A stretch of 64,000 bases of DNA, taken from assembly GCF_018350175.1 (NCBI RefSeq), contig NC_058368.1, positions 157,234,001 through 157,298,000 on the forward strand. Direction: 5' to 3'. Within the stretch, counting starts at the first letter, position 1, and every line of letters starts with the position of its first letter. The position numbers were made by a program, and so were the translations under genes. The stretch is from Felis catus (taxonomy: Eukaryota). The notes under the pieces are model-generated. The model saw nothing but the letters and a program-made list of their open reading frames with translations, searched no databases and was not told the DNA's origin. This document shows, one piece after another, positions 37,948 through 50,655 of the stretch.

Positions 37948-40900
37948 GTGAAAGAATGAGGATGGCGGCTTAGGAGGACGCTGGGCTCACCGCGCGTCCT
38001 GCTGATCACTTAGATTCCACCTACACCTGCCTAAATAACACAGAAAACCGCCAGAGGATTAGCAGAACGGAGTCTCCGGAGCCAAGCGCAGACGAGAGGT
38101 CCACGGAAGAGGGCGAGAAAGGATTGGCACGAGATCTTCAATGTGTTGAACAGAAAAAATATGCAGCCGAGAATCCTTTATCCAGCAAGTCTGTCATTTA
38201 GAATAGAAGGAGAGATAAAGGTCTTCCCAAACAAACAAAAACTGAAGGAATTTATCACCACTAAACCAGCCCTACAAGAGATCCTAAGGGGGATCCTGTG
38301 AGACAAAGTACCAGAGATATCGCTACAAGCATGAAACCTACAGACATCATAATGACTCCAAACCCATATCTTTCTATAATAACACTGAATGTAAATGGAC
38401 TAAATGTGCCAGCCAAAAGACATAGGGTATCAGAATGGATAAAAAAACAAGACCCATCTATTTGCTGTCTACAAGAGACTCATTTTAGACCTGAGGACAC
38501 CTTTAGATTGAGAGTGAGGGGATGGAGAACTATTTATCATGCGACTGGAAGCCAAAAGAAAGATGGAGTAGCCATACTTATATCAGACAAACTAGACTTT
38601 AAATTAAAGGCTGTAATAAGAGATGAAGAAGGGCATTATATAATAACTACAGTGTCTATCCATCAGGAAGAGCTAACAATTATAAATGTCTATGCGCCGA
38701 ATACCGGAGCCCCCAAATATATAAGACAATTACTCATAAACATAAGCAACCTTATTGATAAGAATGTGGTAATTGCAGGGGACTTTAACACTCCACTTAC
38801 AGAAATGGACAGATCATCTAGACACACGGTCAATAAAGAAACAAGGGCCCTGAATGACACATTGGATCAGATGGACTTGACAGATATATTTAGAACTCTG
38901 CATCCCAAAGCAACAGAATATATTTTCTTCTCGAGTGCACATGGAACATTCTCCAAGATAGATCATATACTGGGTCACAAAACAGCCCTTCATAAGTCTA
39001 CAAGAATTGAAATTATACCATGCATACTTTCAGACCACAATGCTATGAAGCTTGAAATCAACCACAGGAAAAAGTCTGGAAAACCTCCAAAAGCATGGAG
39101 GTTAAAGAACACCCTACTAACAAATGAGTGGGTCAACCAGGCAATTAGAGAAGAAATTAAAAAATATATGGAAACAAACGAAAATGAAAATACAACAATT
39201 CAAACGCTTTGGGACGCAGCGAAGGCAGTCCTGAGAGGAAAATACATGGCAATCCAGGCCTATCTCAAGAAACAAGAAAAATCCCAAATACAAAATCTAA
39301 CAGCACACCTAAAGGAACTAGAAGCAGAACAGCAAAGGCAGCCTAAACCCAGCAGAAGAAGAGAAATAATAAAGATCAGAGCAGAAATAAACAATATAGA
39401 ATCTAAAAAAACTGTAGAGCAGATCAACGAAACCAAGAGTTGGTTTTTTGAAAAAATAAACAAAATTGACAAACCTCTAACCAGGCTTCTCAAAAAGAAA
39501 AGGGAGATGACCCAAATAGATAAAATCATGAATGAAAATGGAATGATTACAACCAATCCCTCAGAGATACAAACAATTATCAGGGAATACTATGAAAAAT
39601 TATATGCCAACAAATTGGACAACCTGGAAGAAATGGACAAATTCCTGAACACCCACACGCTTCCAAAATTCAATCAGGAGGAAATAGAAAGCTTGAACAG
39701 ACTCATAACCAGCGAAGAAATTGAATTGGTTATCAAAAATCTCCCAACAAATAAGAGTCCAGGACCAGATGGCTTCCCAGGGGAGTTCTACCAGACGTTT
39801 AAAGCAGAGATAATACCTATCCTTCTCAAGCTATTCCAAGAAATAGAAAGGGAAGGAAAACTTCCAGACTCATTCTATGAAGCCAGTATTACTTTGATTC
39901 CTAAACCAGAGACCCAGTAAAAAAAAGAGAACTACAGGCCAATATCCCTGATGAATATGGATGCAAAAATTCTCAATAAGATACTAGCAAATTGAATTCA
40001 ACAGCATAGAAAAAGAATTATTCACCATGATCAAGTGGGATTCATTCCTGGGATGCAGGGCTGGTTCAACATTCGCAAATCAATCAACGTGATACATCAC
40101 ATTAATAAAAGAAAAGATAAGAACCATATGATCCTGTCAACCTATGCAGAAAAGGCCTTTGACAAAATCCAGCAACGTTTCTTAATAAAAACCCTTGAGA
40201 AAGTTGGGGTAGAAGGAACATACTTAAACATCATAAAATCCATTTAGGAAAAGCCCACAGCTAACATCATCCTCAATGGGGAAATACTAAGAGCTTTTTC
40301 CCTGAGATCAGGAACATAACAGGGATGTCCACTCTCACCGCTGTTGTTTAACAGAGTGCTGGAAGTTCTAGCATCAGCAATCAGACAACAAAAGGAAATC
40401 AAAGGCATCAAAATTGGCAAAGATGAAGTCAAGCTTTCGCTTTTTGCAGATGACATGATATTATACATGGAAAATCCGATAGACTCCACCAAAAGTCTGC
40501 TAGAACTGATACATGAATTCAGCAAAGTTGCAGGATACAAAATCAATGTACAGAAATCAGTTGCATTCTTATACACTAACAATGAGGCAACAGAAAGACA
40601 AATAAAGAAACTGATCCCATTCACAATTGCACCCAGAAGCATAAAATACCTAGGAATAAATCTAACCAAAGATGTAAAAGATCTGTATGCTGAAAACTAT
40701 AGAAAGCTTATGAAGGTAATTGAAGAAGATATAAAGAAATGGAAAGACATTCCCTGCTCATGGATTGGAAGAATAAATATTGTCAAAATGTCAATACTAC
40801 CCAAAGCTATCTACATATTCAATGCAATCCCAATCAAAATTGCACCAGCATTCTTCTTGAAACTAGAACAAGCAATTCTAAAATTCACATGGAACCACAA

Positions 40901-42448
40901 AAGGCCCCGAATAGCCAAAGTAATTTTGAAGAAGAAGACCAAAGCAGGAGGCATCACAATCCCAGACTTTACCCTCTACTACAAAGCTGTCATCATCAAG
41001 ACAGCATGGTATTGGCACAAAAACAGACACATAGACCAATGGAATAGAATAGAACCCCAGAACTAGACCCACAAATGTATGGCCAACTCATCTTTGACAA
41101 AGCAGGAAAGAACATCCAATGGAAAAAAAAAAAACAGTCTCTTTAACAAATGGTGCTGGGAGAACTGGACAGCAACATGCAGAAGGTTGAAACTAGACCA
41201 CTTTCTCACACCATTCACAAAAATAAACTCAAAATGGATAAAGGACCTGAATGTGAGACAGGAAACCATCAAAACCTTAGAGGAGAAAGCAGGAAAAGAC
41301 CTCTCTGACCTCAGCTGTAGCAATCTCTTACTCGACACATCCCCAAAGGCAAGGGAATAAAAGCAAAAATGAACTACTGGGACCTTATGAAGATAAAAAG
41401 CTTCTGCACAGCAAAGGAAACAACCAACAAAACTAAAAGGCAACCAACGGAATGGGAAAAGATATTCGCAAATGACATATCGGACAAAGGGCTAGTATCC
41501 AAAATCTATAAAGAGCTCACCAAACTCCACACCCGAAAAACAAATAACCCAGTGAAGAAATGGGCAGAAAACATGAATAGACACTTCTCTAAAGAAGACA
41601 TCCGGATGGCCAACAGGCACATGAAAAGATGCTCAACGTCGCTCCTCATCAGGCAAATACAAATCAAAACCACATTCAGATACCACCTCACACCAGTCAG
41701 AGTGGCCAAAATGAACAAATCAGGAGACTATAGATGCTGGAGAGGATGTGGAGAAACGGGAACCCTCTTGCACTGTTGGTGGGAATGCAAACTGGTGCAG
41801 CCACTTTGGAAAACAGTGTGGAGGTTCCTCAGAAAATTAAAAATAGACCTACCCTATGACCCAGCAATAGCACTGCTAGGAATTTACCCAAGGGATACAG
41901 GAGTACTGATGCATAGGGGCAGTTGTACCCCAATGTTTATAGCAGCACTCTCAACAATAGCCAAATGATGGGAAGAGCCTAAATGTCCATCAACTGATGA
42001 ATGGATAAAGAAATTATGGTTTATATACACAATGGAGTACTACTTGGCAATGAGAAAGAATGAAATATGGCCCTTTGTAGCAACGTGGATGGAACTGGAG
42101 AGTGTGATGCTAAGTGAAATAAGCCATACAGAGAAATACAGATACCATATGTTTTCACTCTTATGTGGATCCTGAGAAACTTAACAGAAACCCATGGGGG
42201 AGGGGAAGGAAAAAAAAAAAAAGAGGTTAGAGTGGGAGAGAGCCAAAGCATAAGAGACTCTTAAAAACTGAGAACAAACTGAGGGTTGATGGGGGGTGGG
42301 AGGGCAGGGAGGGTGGGTGATGGGTATTGAGGAGGGCACCTTTTGGGATGAGCACTGGGTGTTTTATGGAAACCAATTTGACAATAAATCTCATATATTG
42401 AAAAATAAATAAATAAATAAATAAACCAAAAATAAAAAATAAAAAAAT
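37948..42448 (+). mobile_element. Young feline-type LINE-1, internally deleted (5' UTR joined to ORF1 3' end), ORF2 disrupted
   Basis: TSD AAAAAACATGCCAGA at 37933-37947 and 42449-42463 at a TT|AAAA site. 5' UTR start with ATGGCG, ORF1 tail 38113-38301, ORF2 from 38352 (EN motifs LQET, GDFN, IDH, SDH; RT motif FADD near 40443; Cys-rich CWRGC...HCWWEC), G-rich 3' UTR, A-rich tail. Confidence 0.97.
38352..42175 (+). pseudogene. L1 ORF2 (endonuclease / reverse transcriptase), open for 522 codons then broken by frameshifts and stops
   Basis: ORF track pieces 38298-39920, 40035-40247, 40344-41066, 41079-41360 and 41369-41968 tile L1 ORF2p in order; first frameshift near 39908. Confidence 0.93.
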
Positions 42449-42979
42449 AAAAAACATGCCAGACTCAACTAGCTTCCAGCTTTGAATACAAGTGGGAGGT
42501 GTTGTTTTTCATTTGTTTTCAAATTCACAAAGTATACAGAGAAACAGCAAAGTTCAAAAACTTATCTACCACCTCTAATGCAACCAGTTAAGTTTTAAAA
42601 AAAAAATCTTATAAAAAGCTTACGTACATACATATCTATTTGTATCATGAGAAATATTTTTATTTACACCAAAGAATTGTGTACTGTATCCTTTCCATTT
42701 AGTATTAATTACATTCATGATATCTGTTTGGTATGTGGCTACAAAGTAATTCACATGTCTACACCATATTTTATTTGACCACCATTCCCTTCTTGCTGAT
42801 CACTTTAGCTATTCTTAATTCTTTCGTGGCAGTAAGCATCCTTACACATAGATTATACGCATCGTGATGAACTTCTGTAAATATTTTATAAGGTAAATTC
42901 CTGAGAGTGAGATCGTGGATGCATGTAAAATGTGGATAAATGTAGTGAGATTAACACATATTTTAAAATAGATGCTACC

Positions 42980-43720
42980 TACGGTTGTCAAGCACACTTT
43001 CACGACTGTCAGTTCGGAAGCCTCGGCAGAGCGCGGTTGACCAGCGGCCAGCTGGGGACGGCGGTCATCAGCCCGCAGTGCCACTGAGGCAGTCTCCGAG
43101 GGCAGGCGCTCTCGGGTCACGTGGGCGGCTTGCCCCGCCCCGCGGAAGCTCCGAGCCTCGGTCGGAGGCCTGGCTCCCGCAGGAGAGTCACGCGGCCTCC
43201 GCTGCTGGCAGGACTTGCGGAGGCGGAGCAAGGGACTAAAGGTAAATTCAGCTCTCGCGGCGGGGTTGGGCGGGGCTCGCGAGCGCCGCTGTTTCCGGCC
43301 GGGCTGCGGGCCTCAGGTCGGGCTTCCGCCGGCGGCGCCGGCGGTGGCCTGGAGCTGGTGGGGCGTGCTGTCGTCTGGCCTATGCTCTCGGCCCTTCTGA
43401 GCGCTGTGGCTCTGCTAGGAGTCGGCTCCGTTCGTTAACCGTTAATCTCCGGACTGGCTTCCGCCCAGTCACAGCGAGGCCCTTCGAGCTTGTTCACCTT
43501 ACAGTCTGGGCCCATCCGGGACCTGCCGCCTGTGTGGGGCAGGCGGGGCGTTTTTAACTAGCTTTCCTGGCCTCTATGCGTACTAAATCTGCTCCGCGGT
43601 TTCTGCAGCCCAGGCCGTGGTAGATACTCGTCTCCTGAAGTCTGTAGGCGCAACAGTCCAGAACCTCTGGACAGCCACGTGTGGCCTGTGCCCAGGGTTC
43701 CTGAGCGCCTCTCCGTATAA
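42980..43720 (+). promoter_or_regulatory. RFESD: CpG-island promoter and probable non-coding first exon of RFESD
   Basis: CpG-dense block. E-box GTCACGTG 43116-43123, GC box CCCCGCCCC 43133-43141, ETS-like GCGGAAG 43142-43148, candidate donor AAG|GTAAAT at 43241/43242. It is the only CpG island upstream of the RFESD coding exons. Confidence 0.75.
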
Positions 43721-46378
43721 CTACTGTAGAAGGTCTTTACTAAGGTGTTAAATACACTTTCAAGTCGTGCGTTAATTTGTCAGAACTGGAAGGGCCTTAG
43801 AGATGACAGCTAACATGGTTAGAGCGTTTCCCATGGTCCGGTCCTGCTATAAAACACTTGATTTGTAGTGAGCGTTCATTTCTCGCCACATCCCTATGTG
43901 GCAGATCATTCTTACAGACGTGCAAACTGCAGCACAGGGAAATTAAGCAACTTGCCCCAAATCACGCAGAGCCAGGATTCAAACCGAGATGAACTCACCA
44001 GTGATTACAGATTTCTAATAGCAGGGATGATGGTAGTAAATTCCAGAGCAGCTACATGACTTTATTAAATGATTAGGGAACTATTCCGCTTTAAACATCT
44101 GTTGATGCTACTCTTGTGACATTAGCTTTCCTAAAGTAAAAAAAATTCAGAACCATGTTTGGTGATAAACGTACATCTATGTATATATACGTACACAGAT
44201 ATCTTTATTTTGCTAAAAGGCTTTGTACCTTTAAGACAGTTTACTTGCAGGCCACGTGTTTTTAGAAACCCATGGATGCTGCTTAGATGAAATGTTAAGA
44301 TGTATACACTGTGTTCACTGAATATAGACTCAGAAGATGTAGGTTTGAATCCTGAGTGCTACTTTGTGGGTTTTGAATCCTGACTGCTACTTTTGTTAAA
44401 GGGGATCCTTTACCCTTAGTTTCCTAATCTGCAAGATAGGTATACTACTTACCCCTTGGCGACAGTGAACTCCTGTATGCAAACAGTCCAAGTGGGTGGC
44501 CACTCACTGAAGGATAACTAGTTTTATCTATAATATTCTGCCATCCAAAGAGATGCAAAACTAATATCTAAGGCTGGTCTCTTCTCTGAACCTAAAAACA
44601 AGGGTGTCACCCTGGAGCTATGCATTCTGATAATGTGTAGGTCAAGGCTCCAGACTTAGTAAAAGCACCTTTGTCAGAGATCAAGAGGAATAACAAGTAA
44701 GTTCTTTTAATTTCATGTCTCTTTTGTCTCCAGTGTCTTATGGAAATTTATTTATTTTTTTAATTTAACCTGAATGGATTCCCTATGCTGGAAAAGTATC
44801 TAATAGAGACTGAGGATCTATTGAACTAATCTGTAATTTTATATGGTGTTAGCACCTTTAGAAACCTATTTTAGGCACGGGCCAAAAAAATACTTCTTAA
44901 GGAGGAAAATGGAACAAAATGGCTAAATTTTTCAGAAATGACTTTGCTTGATCTAGCCCCCAAACAGCACAGACCGGTTAATTTTTCACTTTCTTTTTAG
45001 TTAAGATTCTGCTATCTTAAAGTAGACTCAAAATGAGGAAATGTATGGGAGCATATGAATAGTGCATCAAAGTAACAGTAACTAAGGTGAATACATTGAC
45101 TCTTATTATTGTCTGAATGGACCATGATATTCACAATGTTTAATTAAGAATAATGTGGATGTTAATTATAAATATTACTAGCTATCATAAATACATGACC
45201 ATTATTTGAAGGGTATGATAATACTTTCCTAAGCAAAAAGCAAGACTGTAATCATAGTTCTCTGAAACCTTTTATCATTTAGCCCAGCGTTCTCTGCTCA
45301 TTTCTTATCAGCTTGTGCAAAGTTCACTGCAGTTTTCCTTGGTTGGGGTGCAAACCCTGCTAAAACTGTATGTTCGAAGAGACTGAAACTTGAGGAAGGA
45401 TTGTATTGGGTTCTCATTTCTTTGGAAGTCTGGAGAACTTAATTAACTTTTCATGCTGCACATTTCATATATTTTACTTGCTTGATACTAGTATTTCTTT
45501 TCTTTTTGCCTGGACAAAGAAAACTAAATATTCATTTATTTCCCCTTTCTAGTGTCAAGTTTTTAAAGAAGCTGAACAAAATTCTCAGTCCATTCATGAT
45601 CTTTCTGCAGAGGCACGTTTTCTGAGGATGGAAAGTGCCATTTTATCCCGTTTCTTGGTTTTTGGATCATCTATTACATAAATGTAAAGTAGGATACAAC
45701 TTACAAGCTAAAAGAGTAATTTTAAATATAAGACTAAATGTTACATTTTTAGGCATTTAAGAAATTCCGTGTTTTCTATCCCCTTGCTTTTCTTTATAAA
45801 TTTACTCTATCTACATGTATCCATCAATGATATATTGTTTTGTTTTGCCCATTTTTTGCACTTGGTAAAAATAGAAGCATACTCCGAATTCTTTAAAAAT
45901 TGTTTTCCTTTAAAGTTATATTTTTGAAGTTAATCCAACTTGATGCATCCAGACATTTTTTACTGCTACATTGCATTCCATTGAATGAATGTGAAAATTC
46001 TACTGTTGATGCATTTTGAGTTTTTTCCCATCGTTTGCTGTTATAACCATTCCTGTGATTATCTCCTAGTGTACCTCTGCATGTTTCTCTGGAGTGTACT
46101 TAAAGGGGGATTAATGGATCGTGAATATGTTCGACTTTACTAGGTCATGCCAAATTGTGGTAGCACTAATTAATGCCATCATTATCAATTCTCCATATCC
46201 TCACCAATACTTGCTATAATTTTTGTCACCCAATTGGATAGAAAATAGTATCCTATTTGTGACTTTGCTTTGCATTTCTTTTACTTTTTCCTTCTGATGA
46301 GGTTGAGCATCTTTACATGTAATCACTGGCCATTTACACTTCCTCATCTATGCAATGTTTGTGTCTTTTGCCCATTTT

Positions 46379-46387
46379 TCTCTCTCT

Positions 46388-46430
<43 letters not shown>

Positions 46431-46438
46431 TGTGTGTG
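46379..46438. repeat. Compound (TC)n(TG)n microsatellite
   Basis: Directly visible. Confidence 0.95.
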
Positions 46439-46832
46439 CACTTTACTGGTATAGTAAAGTCCTTCATACTTTCTGAGTCGTCATCCTTAGTCGGTTATAC
46501 GTGTTGCAAACTCCACATTTCTTGTTTTTTTCTTCAGCCTATTTCAGTTCATCTGTTCCCTTTTATCTTATCTTTATTGCCCCTCTGTCTGTTCTGTCAC
46601 AAAATGTGATAAAGGCTGCACATCCAATGCTGTGGAGTAAATACTACCACCTGAGCAATTTGTATACTTTGGGTACCTGCCAATATCAAGCAAAACAAGA
46701 TAATTGTTTAGGGATGTGGTAATCCAGCCTTCTGTTAGCCACAGCTAATCCAGGAAATTATGGCATGGCCCTCATTGCCTTTTCTTAAAAATACTCTGTT
46801 TTTGGGTTTTTTTGTTATTGTGAAATGATTTT

Positions 46833-47202
46833 CAGTTTTTTAATTTGAGTATAGTTGACACACAATGTTACATTAGTTTCAGGTGTACAACATAGTGATT
46901 CAGCTTCTCTATATGTTAGCTGTGCTCACCGCAAGTGTAGCTACCATCTGTCACCATACAACACTATTACAATACTATTGACTGTATTCTCTCTGCTGTG
47001 CCTTTTATTCTCATGACTTATTCATTCCATAACTGGAGGTCTGTATCCTCCACTCCCCCTTACCAATTTTGCCATTCCCTAACCCCCTTCCCTTTGGCAA
47101 CCATCAGTTCTCTGTGTTTATAGGTCTGATTCTGCTTTTTGTTTCTTTGTTTATTCATTTGAGTGAAATCACATGGTATTTGTCTTTCTCAGTCTGATTT
47201 AC
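46833..47202 (-). mobile_element. Short L1 3'-end insertion (carnivore L1 type)
   Basis: Typical antisense L1 3' end (TATAGTTGACACACAATGTTACATTAGTTTCAGGTGTACAACATAGTGATTC); 18-bp TSD with one mismatch at 46815-46832 and 47203-47220. Confidence 0.85.
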
Positions 47203-47833
47203 TTATTGTGAAATAATTTTTTAAAATAGCATATGTTATGTTTTTCCATCATGTAAAAAGCAACTAGGTTAGTTAGAGCAGGAATTAACAGTGCAAACTT
47301 CAGAGTACAGACTTGACATTTCTATAATTTCCTAAGATTGATTTGTGTAATGCTTTCCTTTATACCTTGAATTCAAAGTTCCTTCCTGCCTCTCCTCATC
47401 AACACACATGCACACACACAAACATCCCTCATCCTACACCTCAGTTTTGGAGCGCAGGCTGATGTAATATCTAGTGTCTATGTTCCTTGTGGCTCAGAAT
47501 TACCCTTCTCAAAACAGTAGCCTGTGAAGTCCTTCATCTAAGGCTCTCTCCTAACACATTCACATGGAGATTTTTTACTTCTAAATAATAATTTCTGTTT
47601 TACAAACTTACTTTTTAAATGATCCATGCTCTTTTTCTCCCAACATTTCCAGACTTCCTATCAATCAGTCATACAAGATTAAATAAATATTTAGAAAAGC
47701 CATCAGAAAGCCTGGAGCCTCTGCCATAAAACACATATTCCCTCTTGTTGGGAGGAGATTGGGTCTACAGCTTATGACCATTCTAATCTATATTCATCAA
47801 GGTCCAAGTGCCCTTTTTAAAGAGGTTCCACAT

Positions 47834-48050
47834 GGGGCGCCTGGGGGGGCTCAGTCATTTAAGCGTCCAATTTCGGGTCAGGTCATGATCTCCTGGTTCA
47901 TGAGTTCGAGCCCCACGTCAGGCTCTGTGCTGACAGCTCAGAGCCTGGGGCCTGCTTCGAATTCTGTGACTCCCTCTCTCTCTGTCCCTCCCCTGCTCGT
48001 GTGTGCTCTCTTTCTCTCAAAAATAAATGAACATTTAAAGAAATTTTTAA
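47834..48050 (+). mobile_element. CanSINE (feline type)
   Basis: Head and tail; degenerate TSD AAAGA(G/A)GTTCCA(C/T)AT. Confidence 0.92.
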
Positions 48051-48896
48051 AAGAAGTTCCATATATGCATTTATATGTAAAATGTTAACCTAAGACGAGT
48101 TAAATCAAAATGGCAGTTTCCCGTTCTCAAGGAAAGTTACATCATCACTCTGTATAACTTCCTTTGAAATATGACAGTATTACTGTATTTGAAGAGGAGG
48201 TGGATTAGGAAGGATTGGTCATCTTCCTGAAATTAGAATATTTGAAGTTGACATGTGATTTATAATTTTGTTAAATATCTTAAATTATAGGCAACTGTAT
48301 TCTGTTTAACACCATGAGCATTCCATGGCAACCTTTCTTTGTTTAACAGCATCTGGGTCTCTACAACTATCATGGGCCATCACTTTGATTCACTTCCTTT
48401 CCTTTTCTATATGTAATTCCTTATCTTGTATCAGGCAGAGTTGGATACCTCTCACGTTATCTGCAGCTTTCTCATTTCCCAATCTGATGAACTCCATAAA
48501 ATAATTAAATTGTTAAAATGGACCTGAAACTGGAAATGTTGAGTAAAACCTAGCCTTGCCACAACCTTTAGAATGGTTGTTACATTTTGTTTTGGAAGGC
48601 TTGTGTCGACATAAACATCTATTGAGACATTATGACTGAAAAGTTATTTTGGATTGAAAATGAACATATAAGCCATTTTTAAGGCTGATTGTGTGATTAA
48701 TTTTGAAATAATAGCTCCTAAATGTCATACAGTGATGTATATAAATCATTATTTTGATTGAAGGGCTAGATCAGACCTATACAGAGAGCCAGTCTCAATA
48801 TGAACAATATTGAAAGATTTCTTAGTCTTATTTTTCTCACCTTTCAATTTCTATATTTGGCCGAAAGGGTATTTAAGAATCTAATAGACAAACTTT

Positions 48897-48959
48897 AATT
48901 AGCAATAATCGCGCCTCGGATAAACCTCATTGGCTATGATACTGCCACTGCGCAAAGCT
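48897..48959 (-). pseudogene. RNU4: U4 snRNA 5' fragment retrocopy (nt 1-63), tailless
   Basis: Reverse complement AGCTTTGCGCAGTGGCAGTATCATAGCCAATGAGGTTTATCCGAGGCGCGATTATTGCTAATT matches U4 with one CpG-type change; direct repeat CTAATAGACAAACTTT at 48881-48896 and 48960-48975. Confidence 0.95.
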
Positions 48960-50655
48960 CTAATAGACAAACTTTAAAGATACTAGGAAGAAAAGTAGTA
49001 ATAATAATTCTGGATGTAAACTCTTACTTGGAATTTAACCACTATTTGATTTCTAGGAGAGTGGAGGTTAAGGAAATAAGGAAAATTACAAGGAGAAAAG
49101 TAGTCCAACCCTTCATGAAAGAACCAACCTTTTGGGACAATTTCCTAGGAAGTCCATATTTTCTTCATGTATTGTGTAATACACATAGAGGTGGCCAGCA
49201 TTAGAATGGATTTCACCTCATTGCCTGCCTTCCTGATGGATCACCACTTACTTACCATTTGAGGAAAATGTAGGACAGAAAAGTAAACACCAAGTGAATG
49301 TCATTTGATTAACAGTAGATTGGACACATACTGGTCTTGCCTCTCTTCAGGCTCTCTTCCACTTGATCTTTAACTGTTGATGCACCTAAGGAATTATATT
49401 AGACCTGTCTGTACTCCCTCTCCAACTTACTCCATTGAATTCTGTAACTTTTCAACTCTCAAATTTCTCTCTCTTGTGATTCTCAACTCTAGTTTCATAT
49501 ATCCAACTGTAGACATGATATCTCTGTCTAGAGTCTTTTAGTTACACCAAACTCAGTATGTGCAAAATGTAGCTAGTTCTTGATTTTCCATTTCTGGAAA
49601 TACCATTCCATTTTCAGTCTTTCCTATCATAGTTACAATCTCACTGGTTGCACAAAACTAAAACCTGGGAGCTACCCTTATTTATTTTCTGTAGCTCCTT
49701 TATTCCTGTTCACGAGCCCAACCTCTCTGTTCTTACTCAGTTTCCTCACTATACAATTAAAATAATACCTTTTTATAGTAACATGTTAGGATATTAAATG
49801 AGTTGAGTAAATGTAAAATCTTAAAACAGTACCTGACATTTAATTAGCACAGTGTAATTGTGGCTACTGCTATTGTTGTTGTTGTTACTTTTTCACCCCC
49901 ACAAAATCAACACCCTGGTCTAAACCACCATATTCTGTCTTGTGGATCACTACAATAGCTTTCTGATTTCTGTGTTTCCACTCTTGTTTGGCTACAATCT
50001 ATTGTCCACACAGCCAGGGCATTCTTTTAAAAACAGATCATGTCATCTCTGCCTGCTTTACATCCTTTAACACATCCCCTTTGCCCCTACAATAAAATTC
50101 ACACACAGTACTGCATGACCTGGCTCCTGTTTGTTTCACCAAGCTCTCTTGTTATGGTCCGGTCTCCTATCTGTTCCTCATTAGCCAAGTCTCCTTTCCT
50201 CAGGTTTTCATATTTGTTGTTCCTCGGCCTGGAATGCTTTTCCTTCAGCTCTTAGAATGTCTGGTTCATTTGCATTTTTCAGGTTCTAGCTCAACTGTCA
50301 TTTCAGAATCATCTTCCCAGCCTATTCTTTGCAAAATGGCCTCCCCTTTTCTCTCTCATATTACACAGTTCAATTTATTCATGGTTGTTATGGTAGTGTG
50401 TAATTATATCATTTGTGTATTTGTTTACTGGTATTTATTTGTTGGTCTCACCAACTAGAATATAATATCTAGAAGAAAGAGACCTTATCTCTTTTACTTC
50501 CTTGAAGTGCTAGTCACATAGTACGTGTTGAGAAAATATTTGTCAAATGAATGATAATCTCTGACAAGAAAAGAGAACTTTGCAAAAGGAGAATCTGAAG
50601 ATCTATTGTTGAAATTTTCTTTTCATTTTGTAATTCTGTGCTCAAGATTACTGTC

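Noticed and set aside
37948..42448. Autonomously active L1
   Set aside because: Most of ORF1 is missing and ORF2 has several frameshifts and stops from about 39908 onward.
42842..43438. ORFs across the RFESD CpG island
   Set aside because: Non-ATG starts, GC-driven open frames, no recognisable homology.
44641..44702. Possible RFESD 5' UTR exon ending at GTAAGT (44697)
   Set aside because: Good donor but weak acceptor; cannot be supported without transcript data.
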